Below the pieces are notes generated by a model. That model saw only the letters and a program-made list of their open reading frames with translations. It ran no database searches and was not told the origin of the DNA. 36,403 bases of DNA from a virus (Duplodnaviria; Heunggongvirae; Uroviricota; Caudoviricetes), in the IMG/VR virus record IMGVR_UViG_2675903318_000021; one strand, given 5' to 3'. A program made the position numbers and the translations under genes. Below are positions 27,347 through 35,401 of this stretch, one piece after another. The stretch's first letter is position 1. The number at the start of each line of letters is the position of its first letter.

Positions 27347-30147
27347 TTTCCACTGGTCAGGCCACCCCGCAGCAGGTCTGCTTTGCGGCGGGCACGTTCA
27401 GTGGTTTCACTGATTCTCTGTGCGTGCTCTGCGTCGCGGATGGCGCGCAGCATGTCAGAAAGCACGGTAACGGGTGTTTTCATGGTGTTCTGGTCCTGCT
27501 GAAGTGTGGATGCCAGGCGTGTGGCGGCTTCAGGGTCTGATGCCCCCAGCTGTGCCAGATAGCTGGCGACCGGGTTATGGCGGATCTCCGTGCTGCTTAC
27601 ACCGTGATTACGGCTCAGGCGCTGCCAGAGCTGCGTGATTCGGCTGTCCGGGCGGGTATCCGGTTTGCGTACAATTTCAAATCCCTGCGGTGCAATGATG
27701 CTGCCGTCAACGTACAGACTGCCGCCCCGTAACAGGTGCTGCATTTGTTGTTCACCGATATGCAGGCCGAGAGATTCAGCAGACTCCCGCCATTCTCTAG
27801 CGAGTAATTCGTGGTTATCAGGCAAAGGCCGCTGCTGTTTGCGGCTCTGTGTCCAGCTCTGCATTTCATCACTGCTGTTTTTTGCCTGTTTGTCACGAAG
27901 CGAACGCATCAGCGCCCGGCGTTCGTGCCGTTTCAGTGAGCGCACCCATTCATCCACATCAACGCCGTCAGGAAGCTGCGGCCACGGTGCTGGCCGTTCT
28001 TCCGGCTGTTCTGTCCCGTTGTTGTCCGTTTCCTGTACACGGGGACAGTTATTGCCACGAGTCCAAGGGGCGGCAGGGCCGCCCTGAAGGTCAAAACCAT
28101 TTTCGCGGGCGCTGTCTTCCGCTTCCGGTTTACGTCTTACCAGCTTCCAGTTATCCGGATGCGTGCACACACGGGAGGATTCCCCGATGAGCGGCGACCA
28201 GATCCCGTAAATCTGTACACTCTGTTCGCCGTAATCGTTCAGCTCATCTGCGAGGTCGTAGGCGGTGCGAATCAGGTAGTCTTTGCGTGGAACAAGTACG
28301 CCGCCCTGTTTCTCTATGTAGGTGGCAAAACATCCGGCATCAGCGGCAGCGAGTACCGCATCCATTGCGTCATCCTTCAGCCGTTGCGGGCCTTCCGGGT
28401 TGCGTGCCATCTGGCTGGCAAGGCGGCGGAGTTCACGCCACACCTGACGGGAGGGGATACCAAAGAACTGGAACTGGCGGACACGGTGAAGGCGCGCCCA
28501 GCCGATGGCGCGTTCCACGCTCTCGGCCATTGATTTTCCGGTTTCGTGGTCAACGCGTGGCTTGCCCGTTTTCGGGTCGATGCCATCCACGGCGCGGCTG
28601 TCTAGGTTCTTTCCGATGTAGGTGGCGATGTAGCTGGTTGGCGTACCTTTTGAGCCGTCGACGTACTCCGCCTTAAAGCGTGGGGTAATATCATCACCCA
28701 GCTCGTGACGATCTTCCTGAATGGCAATATCGCGGGTGTGGGACACAATGGTGTCGATTTCTTCCGGATGAGCAAAGACCATCATATGCCAGTGCACGGT
28801 GCCGTCATGGTGAGGCTCCACCGTGCGGATGCCATACCAGCGCAGGCCGTCGCGGTTCAGTTTCTTGCGGACCGCCGCAAAAAACGTGTTAACCAGGTAA
28901 TCGCTGGAGTCGCGCATGGTGGCTCCGTTCCATTTGGGATTCGGATGACCGTTCTCTGTTGTGGCGTGGTATTTTGACGGGCAGGTGACAGTCAGAAACA
29001 CCGCTTTGTCGCCACGGGCTTCGGCCAGAAGTTCCAGCCCCTTCATGGTGGCCATCATTTCTGCCTTACGGTGAACCGGGTTACTTACTCCCGCGTAATA
29101 CACTGTTTCGAGATCAATCGTGAACCCGTCTTCGTTTTCCAGCATAAAACTTTTCAGGAAATCGCGTGTTTTCTCGCGCTGTGCGCGAAACTCGCTTAAC
29201 GCGTCCTGGCTCAGATAGGGTGATGTTTTTCTGGAAACCAGACAGGCGGCGCGGAGTTGTTCTTCTCTCCACTCGCAACGTAACAGCCACAGTTTGCGTT
29301 TCCACCATTCCGCACAGGTCAGGCGAAGGATTGCGCCCGGCAGCAGCTCCGTGTCCGGTTCGTTCCTCCGGTCTTTGTCTGTTGTCAGTGCGTCATAATG
29401 TGGAGGCATGGCGTGCAGGTGTAACGCCATGCGGGCCAGCATCTGATACGCCTTCAGCGTTACATCCATGGTCAGTTCGCCATCAGTCGCGCCAAAGCCA
29501 TCGCAGAGTTTTTCGAAGGTGCTGCTGAACATCGCCGCCGTCATGGTGGCCAGCGTCTGTATCTGGTGTTTGTTGAGCTGCGGCAGGTAAAGCAAATCGT
29601 CCAGGCGTTCGCGTCCGGCAAGGGAGCGATAACCCGGTGTCAGCCAGCGGCTGTCGGTGCGGTCCAGACGTTCGAATATTTTGCGCAGGGTTCCGCGTGC
29701 ATAGCGTTCCGCCTGCCAGCTCTTTTTGCCTTTCTGACGATCGGCTTCCTGCTTCTTGCGCAGGAAAGAGAGGTGGCGGCTCAGAGGTTCTCGCAGATAA
29801 ACGGGAAGCGCCTTCAGTGTGGCAAAGGCACGGGCCACCGGGTCTTGTTCTGTTGCCCGGCGCTTACTGATGATGCTCTGTGCCAGCTTTTCACGCTGTC
29901 CGGCTTCCTCAAGGGATGCCATGAGTTTTTTACCCATGGCGGATTGTGCGAAAAAGGCTTCCTCCTTCGCTTCCTGTTCTTCCCGGGCCTTTTTGTCCGC
30001 CTCAAGGTAGTAACGGATGGCGCGTTGCAGGTCGGTTTCAGTTTCCTGCCTGTGCTCCGTAAATCTGGCCGGATCAATGGCTGGCCGTGGTTCATTCCAG
30101 CTCCATGCAAACTCACTCATGGCTGGTATCCTGTCACGCGCTGCCAC
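27280..30147 (-). CDS. A: replication initiation endonuclease gpA-like (HUH rolling-circle initiator)
   Basis: About 950-aa ORF with HUH-type motif VHWHMMVF and Tyr-rich YIATYIGK segment; more likely start is the Met at 30120, which overlaps the upstream gene stop (ATGA). Confidence 0.85.
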   Translation of the reverse strand: MAARDRIPAMSEFAWSWNEPRPAIDPARFTEHRQETETDLQRAIRYYLEADKKAREEQEAKEEAFFAQSAMGKKLMASLEEAGQREKLAQSIISKRRATEQDPVARAFATLKALPVYLREPLSRHLSFLRKKQEADRQKGKKSWQAERYARGTLRKIFERLDRTDSRWLTPGYRSLAGRERLDDLLYLPQLNKHQIQTLATMTAAMFSSTFEKLCDGFGATDGELTMDVTLKAYQMLARMALHLHAMPPHYDALTTDKDRRNEPDTELLPGAILRLTCAEWWKRKLWLLRCEWREEQLRAACLVSRKTSPYLSQDALSEFRAQREKTRDFLKSFMLENEDGFTIDLETVYYAGVSNPVHRKAEMMATMKGLELLAEARGDKAVFLTVTCPSKYHATTENGHPNPKWNGATMRDSSDYLVNTFFAAVRKKLNRDGLRWYGIRTVEPHHDGTVHWHMMVFAHPEEIDTIVSHTRDIAIQEDRHELGDDITPRFKAEYVDGSKGTPTSYIATYIGKNLDSRAVDGIDPKTGKPRVDHETGKSMAESVERAIGWARLHRVRQFQFFGIPSRQVWRELRRLASQMARNPEGPQRLKDDAMDAVLAAADAGCFATYIEKQGGVLVPRKDYLIRTAYDLADELNDYGEQSVQIYGIWSPLIGESSRVCTHPDNWKLVRRKPEAEDSARENGFDLQGGPAAPWTRGNNCPRVQETDNNGTEQPEERPAPWPQLPDGVDVDEWVRSLKRHERRALMRSLRDKQAKNSSDEMQSWTQSRKQQRPLPDNHELLAREWRESAESLGLHIGEQQMQHLLRGGSLYVDGSIIAPQGFEIVRKPDTRPDSRITQLWQRLSRNHGVSSTEIRHNPVASYLAQLGASDPEAATRLASTLQQDQNTMKTPVTVLSDMLRAIRDAEHAQRISETTERARRKADLLRGGLTSGNKKQTETGFTNPVNEQKTRRDI

Positions 30148-30506
30148 TCCTGCGAGAAGAGGGCAGAAAGGCGGTTAAATTCAGCGGTGTATTCACTCAG
30201 CGAGGCACACCCGCCAGCAGTGCGATGCGCCAGCATTGCCGCAAATACGGAGGCCGGGGAGTCGTAATACGCCAGCAGTGATTCTCCGTGTGGTGTCAGG
30301 CAGTGCAACGCCAGCCCGTGTGGTGTGAAGTCCACGCGGTAGCAGTCGTCTACTGTGAAATAAAGGGTGTCTGCATTCTCTGGTTTTGTGGTGCGTGCTC
30401 TGTTGTCACGACCACGGATGTAGAGATCAAATAATCCCTGAAGAACGGGAGCCAGACGGGTGTCCTGTGTGCGCACCCATCTTGTGAAGTCATGAGCGTC
30501 AATCAT
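30117..30506 (-). CDS. hypothetical early protein, translationally coupled to A
   Basis: 129-aa ORF; stop overlaps A start. Confidence 0.5.
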   Translation of the reverse strand: MIDAHDFTRWVRTQDTRLAPVLQGLFDLYIRGRDNRARTTKPENADTLYFTVDDCYRVDFTPHGLALHCLTPHGESLLAYYDSPASVFAAMLAHRTAGGCASLSEYTAEFNRLSALFSQEWQRVTGYQP

Positions 30507-30596
30507 GCTGCAATTCTCTTTACTACAGATGTGCGAAGGCCTCCCGCCGCAAGGTGCAGGAAAGGCCCGGAACAGGAATTAATGGAGTTTGTTTTG

Positions 30597-30809
30597 CTAC
30601 TGGAAGAGTTGTTGCAGCTCGCGCAGATCATCCGCCAGATAGCTGAAAACAGAGGCGGAATAGATGTTCGATAGCGCGTGGCTGCGCTCATGCAGCATAT
30701 TGATGTGCATGATTTGCGCGACGCGTGATGCGCGGAAAAGTCTACGGTTGATTTCAGTCTGGATGTGACGACGCGCAGCGTATGCGCGCTGTTGTTTGCG
30801 GTTTGCCAT
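30597..30809 (-). CDS. hypothetical small basic protein
   Basis: 70-aa ORF in early operon orientation. Confidence 0.4.
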   Translation of the reverse strand: MANRKQQRAYAARRHIQTEINRRLFRASRVAQIMHINMLHERSHALSNIYSASVFSYLADDLRELQQLFQ

Positions 30810-31131
30810 GGTGTGGCCTCTTTGCTCGGTGATAGAAATAGCTCACCATCCAGAGTTGAGAATCTCGGGGTGGCGAGACGTACAGGGTTCTCAACACCGG
30901 AGAGCAAAGAATCCGGCCCGACCGAAGTCGGCCCCGTACGCCCCGCCATAATTCTGACGCGAAAAAGACGTGGCAATACAGTACGCACAAAAAAACCGCT
31001 GGCGCGGTTATGCGCTTTGCTCTGTATCGGGTTGAGAATCCCGGCACCCGTTTTATGAGGTGCAGCGGAAATGTAACCTGACTGATTGCGGCATGGCAAG
31101 CGGTTTTTTTGTGTGTGCATGTTCTGGTTTC

Positions 31132-31431
31132 TTACTGGTTCAGAAAAAAATCAAAAACCTTGTCAATGCGTTGCAGCAGCTCTTGCTGTATTGCTTCCGG
31201 CGTTTCCGGTTCGCCTGGTGCCTCCAACGTCGCGCAGAAATCAGCGATTTCATGATGGAGTGTCAGGCGAATGGCAGGAGCCGTGGTTCTGGCGTGCTCC
31301 AGCTCATCCAGCAGTGCCAGCACAGCAGACGGCGAGAGCATTGCGCGAAATGCCAGTAATTTTTGAGGCGTTGCCATTCGTTGCAGGGCAAATGCCAGTT
31401 CGCGTAGCTTCTGGTGGTTGATGGTGCTCAT
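31132..31431 (-). CDS. hypothetical early protein
   Basis: 99-aa ORF; stop/start overlap with neighbour. Confidence 0.45.
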   Translation of the reverse strand: MSTINHQKLRELAFALQRMATPQKLLAFRAMLSPSAVLALLDELEHARTTAPAIRLTLHHEIADFCATLEAPGEPETPEAIQQELLQRIDKVFDFFLNQ

Positions 31432-31694
31432 GTTCTGGCTTCCTTTAGTAGCTGGTTAAACATGTGAGTAAGTGGATTGCTACACCCGAACGGCATCGGG
31501 TTTACGTGGTAAGAAGCCTGGCCTCCAGTTTTGCGAGCGCGACCACCTGTGCTGCGGTTTGTTCTGATGACTAAGCCGCCGCGCCAAAGTTGGCGTAACT
31601 CAGCATTAATGGCTGTGGTTGGAGTATTCAGTGCTGCGGCGATCTCTCCGCCGCTACAACCCGGATGAGTAGCGATGTAGTCCAGAATGGTCAT
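31428..31694 (-). CDS. small winged-helix DNA-binding protein candidate
   Basis: 88-aa ORF; segment GCSGGEIAAALNTPTTAINAELRQLWRGGLV resembles a wHTH recognition unit. Confidence 0.45.
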   Translation of the reverse strand: MTILDYIATHPGCSGGEIAAALNTPTTAINAELRQLWRGGLVIRTNRSTGGRARKTGGQASYHVNPMPFGCSNPLTHMFNQLLKEART

Positions 31695-31894
31695 CTGCGT
31701 GGCTCCTGTACCTGTCGGATAAGATTCACCCGCGCCACGTTGGTGGCGCAGAAGTAAGTACCGTCAGTGAGGTAGATGTGGTGTGCATCCTTTTCCGAAC
31801 GATGTTTGTCGATAGTGGTAATCAGGCGTTCGTCGACCTCGTATTCGCGCCCTCTGGAGGTAAAGCGAACGACGGGAAAATGCTTAATTGCCAT
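31691..31894 (-). CDS. hypothetical small protein
   Basis: 67-aa ORF overlapping neighbours by 4 nt. Confidence 0.4.
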   Translation of the reverse strand: MAIKHFPVVRFTSRGREYEVDERLITTIDKHRSEKDAHHIYLTDGTYFCATNVARVNLIRQVQEPRR

Positions 31895-31917
31895 TGCACC
31901 CCCTTTGTCCAGTAACC

Positions 31918-32328
31918 CTATGCGTTAAATACGGTGTGTCGGGCGTCATCAATGAATGCAACTTGAGAGCGCTCTATCAGGCGGAGATTTGTCAGAAGCG
32001 TTGATTCCCTTATGGGGTGAGGAGTGATCAGGTATTTGTTCTGTAATCCGGCGATAATGGTGTATCGCTGTGGCTCCGAGCCAATAGTGTAAATAAGGCG
32101 TCCGGTGTCAGATAAATCCAGTCCGGTGACTGGTTTAGTTTTGAGAAGCGCAAGTTCCACACCCTGTTCTTCGATGATTTTGGCAGCCTCTGCCGTGACT
32201 TTTGCGACTATCATTGTGTGGGTTGCGACGTCCATGTGAGCATTGGCCACGGCTTTTTTCGCTACTTCGCTTTCCATCTTTGAAATTTCTTTCAGTGCTC
32301 TGATGATACCTTCTTCTTTTGCGTGCAT
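31918..32328 (-). CDS. hypothetical early protein
   Basis: 136-aa ORF with GGAG RBS. Confidence 0.45.
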   Translation of the reverse strand: MHAKEEGIIRALKEISKMESEVAKKAVANAHMDVATHTMIVAKVTAEAAKIIEEQGVELALLKTKPVTGLDLSDTGRLIYTIGSEPQRYTIIAGLQNKYLITPHPIRESTLLTNLRLIERSQVAFIDDARHTVFNA

Positions 32329-32421
32329 TTTTGTATCTCCGTTATTTGCGTGTGCGAATACCTCCGTTAATACGGATGGTTTTCACGTTTTCTTATTTAA
32401 TTTGATGTTTTATTTGTATCG

Positions 32422-32535
32422 TTATTCATCAGAGAAAAAACGCTCGATCTTTTTCACTGAATTAATAATTCGCATAATCCCAATGGCGCAGGCCACCGAA
32501 ATAATCAGAACAAGCCATGAGATAAATATACTCAT
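32422..32535 (-). CDS. 37-aa single-pass transmembrane peptide (MSIFISWLVLIISVACAIGIMRIINSVKKIERFFSDE)
   Basis: Not in ORF track; ATG overlaps the TGA stop of the upstream 80-aa gene (ATGA coupling); GGGGAA RBS; hydrophobic helix plus charged tail. Confidence 0.45.
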   Translation of the reverse strand: MSIFISWLVLIISVACAIGIMRIINSVKKIERFFSDE

Positions 32536-32774
32536 GCGATATTCCCCAGCTTATACGGTTCAATATGTTCTCCGCATTCTGCGGCACAGATCAGCTCGGA
32601 AAGTTCGTTAAGTGCATCCAGATCATCAGCGTAAAAAGCCACGTCATACAGACTCCGGATTGCCCTGGTCAATGAGTCACGGGCTGCACGTTCAGCATGA
32701 ACGCCTGATGCGCTTAAGCGAAAATAAAAACGCTCAAGTGCTTTGTTGATGAGTGTTTTATATTCTTTGTCCAT
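32532..32774 (-). CDS. hypothetical small acidic protein
   Basis: 80-aa ORF in early operon. Confidence 0.45.
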   Translation of the reverse strand: MDKEYKTLINKALERFYFRLSASGVHAERAARDSLTRAIRSLYDVAFYADDLDALNELSELICAAECGEHIEPYKLGNIA

Positions 32775-32785
32775 TGCAACACCCT

Positions 32786-33064
32786 TTAATCTGCTTTCTG
32801 AATTTCAGCTTCTGAATCCATGCAGATAATTTCGATATAGGGTTTATCGCCATTAACCTGACGTGCCTTTTCAGCTTCGCTAATGATTTCGTGTACAGTC
32901 TGGTACGGAAGTTCTACGGTCAGGCGCGTGCCGTTCAGATAAACGTAAGTAGCTGCATTTTTTTCTGATGGGACGACTCCATCAATAGCTGATGCGCGTA
33001 ATAACAGTTCACCGCGAAAATCAATAAAACGGATAAATACACCTTGTGCATGCTCTTTGGTCAT
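32786..33064 (-). CDS. hypothetical protein
   Basis: About 92 aa from Met MTKEHAQGVF (listed ORF start at 33124 would overlap upstream gene). Confidence 0.4.
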   Translation of the reverse strand: MTKEHAQGVFIRFIDFRGELLLRASAIDGVVPSEKNAATYVYLNGTRLTVELPYQTVHEIISEAEKARQVNGDKPYIEIICMDSEAEIQKAD

Positions 33065-33074
33065 AAAGCACCTG

Positions 33075-33425
33075 TTATAAATCAGCCTGTTTAATAAAAC
33101 TTTGCCCGCGAAGCAGACGATCAACCGTGCGAAGTGCTTCGTATAATGTGAAATCCTGCCCGAAGTGATTGTCGCCGCAGTTCAATGCAAAAATGCGGTT
33201 TCCGGTAAACGGATTGCGTGGGCATTTGTGGACCACGATTCCAGCTTTCTCAATCAGCCAGGCATGCTCGCCGATTTGTTTTACAGCGTGGCCATCCGGT
33301 GTTGCGTGCGTCTCGTTCAGGTTATAGCGACTGTTACTACGTGATGCACTGGTAGCGACGTGGTGTACATGGCGTTCTACGCCATTACGAAATTTGGAGT
33401 ATGGATTATTAGCGTTTTTTTTCAT
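33075..33425 (-). CDS. hypothetical protein
   Basis: 116-aa ORF in early operon. Confidence 0.45.
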   Translation of the reverse strand: MKKNANNPYSKFRNGVERHVHHVATSASRSNSRYNLNETHATPDGHAVKQIGEHAWLIEKAGIVVHKCPRNPFTGNRIFALNCGDNHFGQDFTLYEALRTVDRLLRGQSFIKQADL

Positions 33426-33446
33426 GATGGTGCTCTGTTCATTGTT

Positions 33447-33650
33447 TTAGCTGTTAGCCAAAGCGTCTTTTAACATCGCCACAAGGTTTACTTCAGGCTT
33501 TTCCATTTTGGCGCGTTTGGGGCGGATAATAATTCGACCGTCAGCCAACATCTTTTTGCACGTATTAAGAGGGATACCTGTTATCTCTGCATATTTCTGC
33601 AGGGATACATAGGGGGCATTCACATTGATATTGATGGTTATACCTGACAT
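33447..33650 (-). CDS. small HTH DNA-binding protein (Cox/AlpA/excisionase-like candidate)
   Basis: 67-aa ORF; YVSLQKYAEITGIPLNTCKKMLADGRI looks like a helix-turn-helix unit. Confidence 0.45.
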   Translation of the reverse strand: MSGITININVNAPYVSLQKYAEITGIPLNTCKKMLADGRIIIRPKRAKMEKPEVNLVAMLKDALANS

Positions 33651-33666
33651 CCCACTAGCCTCCTGA

Positions 33667-33873
33667 TCAGGAAGATTTGTTTTGTTCTTTCTGGGTTAGC
33701 TCTAGGCCGCGAAGGAAGATCATGCGCGCCATGTTAGAGGATGAGCGTTGTTCTTTAGCTGCCATTTCATCAATGACGGCTCGCTCCTCAAGGGACAGCC
33801 GAAGTGCCAGTCTTGGACCTGTGGCGGTGTTACGCGGAATGCGTGATCTGGTATCGTGAAGAACTTGTTTCAT
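33667..33873 (-). CDS. ribbon-helix-helix regulator, first gene of the early (lytic) operon; Cro/Cox-analogous candidate
   Basis: 68-aa ORF; RLALRLSLEERAVIDEMAAKEQRS...MARMIFLRGL fits beta-strand/helix/helix RHH pattern; divergent from repressor gene. Confidence 0.5.
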   Translation of the reverse strand: MKQVLHDTRSRIPRNTATGPRLALRLSLEERAVIDEMAAKEQRSSSNMARMIFLRGLELTQKEQNKSS

Positions 33874-33948
33874 AGTGGTATATTGTGATCATCTAATAGC
33901 TCGTGAAATCATTTTGGTATCAAAAAAGATACCTGTCAAGGTTTTTGT
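33874..33948. promoter_or_regulatory. divergent switch region with operator-like palindrome GGTATC-A6-GATACC and further GGTAT(C/A) half-sites
   Basis: Perfect 18-bp palindrome at 33916-33933; GGTATA at 33878 and GGTATC at 33850. Confidence 0.5.
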
Positions 33949-34353
33949 ATGAAAAATGATATTGGTCAGCGGTTGCGTGAGGAAAGGGAAAGATTGGGAC
34001 TTAGTCAAGTTGCCATGAGCGACATTGGTGGAGTCAAAAAGCTAACTCAGCTTAGATATGAGAAAGGAGATAGCTTTCCTGATGCTGCGTATTTGGCAGC
34101 GCTGTCTCGTTTTGGCCTTGATGTTCAGTATGTTGTGTTGGGAATTCACTCACCTGAAACTTATAACGATGATGAGCAGGAGTTGATTACTCGCTTTCGA
34201 GCAGCTTCGTTAGATGTGAAAAACGCGGTGATTGGGGCTTTAAAAGGTGCGATCAGTGAAAAGGAAACTCAGCCATCAGGACGTGAGTTAAATATTTCTG
34301 GTGGTAATAACCGTATCGCTGGTCGTGACTATAACGAAACTAAGGGTAGGTGA
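33949..34353 (+). CDS. HTH_XRE-family repressor (immunity repressor candidate, C/CI-like)
   Basis: 134-aa ORF; N-terminal IGQRLREERERLGLSQVAMSDIGGVKKLTQLRYEKG is a canonical XRE-type HTH; divergent from RHH gene and co-oriented with int. Confidence 0.7.
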   Translation: MKNDIGQRLREERERLGLSQVAMSDIGGVKKLTQLRYEKGDSFPDAAYLAALSRFGLDVQYVVLGIHSPETYNDDEQELITRFRAASLDVKNAVIGALKGAISEKETQPSGRELNISGGNNRIAGRDYNETKGR

Positions 34354-34368
34354 TAGTAGGGAGGTGAC

Positions 34369-35019
34369 ATGGCCGTCAACTCAAACGGTTCAAACAATCG
34401 CGTTGCTGGGCGTGATTTTCACGAAAAGAATATTCAGATAGAGCGATATGATGGTTCTCATACTGTCAATATCGCAATCCCTTCGAATAATGATGATGAC
34501 GATCGCCCTTTGCTTAAGGCTCAGCGTAAGGAGCTAAATAGCTTGGTTGCTGCTATTGCAGAAGCTAGCAATACTGAAGCGTTTATTATTTGGCAAAAAG
34601 TACATGCGGAGATTGGTGTAGCTGGTATTGATGATATGACAGTAAATCAATATAAAACAGCGGAGAGTTTTCTGCATGCAATGCTTGAGCGATGTAAAGA
34701 TCATGATGCCTGTAAGGCTCTTGTAAGTTTATTACTACGTAACAGTGAAGACTGTGGACTTCGACAAAAACTTCTGCGGTATTGCCATATCAATTTCGGT
34801 ACAGGACGTTTAAACGATCTTACTCGTTCTCAGTTACAGTCTGCATTGTCGTGGTTAGAGCAACAATCGGCATCAAGCCACACAGAGAGTTCGACCTTAC
34901 CAGAAGTCCGACTTCGTGCTTCAGAATTAATCCGACTTTATCCAAAAGAAATAATATTCTTTATCTGCGTAGGGGTTTTGGTAGGCGGTGTCATTTCTAG
35001 GGCGTTTTTTAATTTGTAA
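34369..35019 (+). CDS. hypothetical protein with C-terminal transmembrane anchor; N-terminus repeats a motif found at the repressor C-terminus
   Basis: 216-aa AT-rich ORF with GGGAGG RBS after three consecutive in-frame stops; C-terminal IIFFICVGVLVGGVI helix; N-terminal NNRVAGRDFHE vs repressor NNRIAGRDYNE. Confidence 0.6.
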   Translation: MAVNSNGSNNRVAGRDFHEKNIQIERYDGSHTVNIAIPSNNDDDDRPLLKAQRKELNSLVAAIAEASNTEAFIIWQKVHAEIGVAGIDDMTVNQYKTAESFLHAMLERCKDHDACKALVSLLLRNSEDCGLRQKLLRYCHINFGTGRLNDLTRSQLQSALSWLEQQSASSHTESSTLPEVRLRASELIRLYPKEIIFFICVGVLVGGVISRAFFNL

Positions 35020-35048
35020 TCTTACTTGAGCTAAATTGAGGTAATGAT

Positions 35049-35396
35049 ATGAAAGTAAAAAAGGTTCAACTATTAGTTACTTTTTTATCTATGTTTTCTT
35101 TTTCCGCCGTCGCAATGCCTTTTAAAACTATTGAACGTGAGAGTTTCAATGGGGTATGGCCATTTAATTCTGATGAGGTTCAATTACAGTGTCTTGATGG
35201 TAATCCTTATGTGATGAATTTTGACGATAATAAGTTATATGCACTTACAGGTTTGGCTCGAATAAAAGGTAAAACATTTGGTGCGTTACCGTTAGATAAC
35301 AATAATCCATTTTGGCTAGATAATGATGCCGCCCCAGGGTTAAAAAAGAGTCTGGGGGATGTCACTAAGGCTGCATTTGATTTATGTGATAAGTAA
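35049..35396 (+). CDS. small secreted/periplasmic protein (signal peptide; tentatively YebY/DUF2511-like)
   Basis: 115-aa AT-rich ORF; N-terminal MKVKKVQLLVTFLSMFSFSAVA signal sequence; family assignment is from memory only. Confidence 0.55.
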   Translation: MKVKKVQLLVTFLSMFSFSAVAMPFKTIERESFNGVWPFNSDEVQLQCLDGNPYVMNFDDNKLYALTGLARIKGKTFGALPLDNNNPFWLDNDAAPGLKKSLGDVTKAAFDLCDK

Positions 35397-35401
35397 CTAA
35401 A

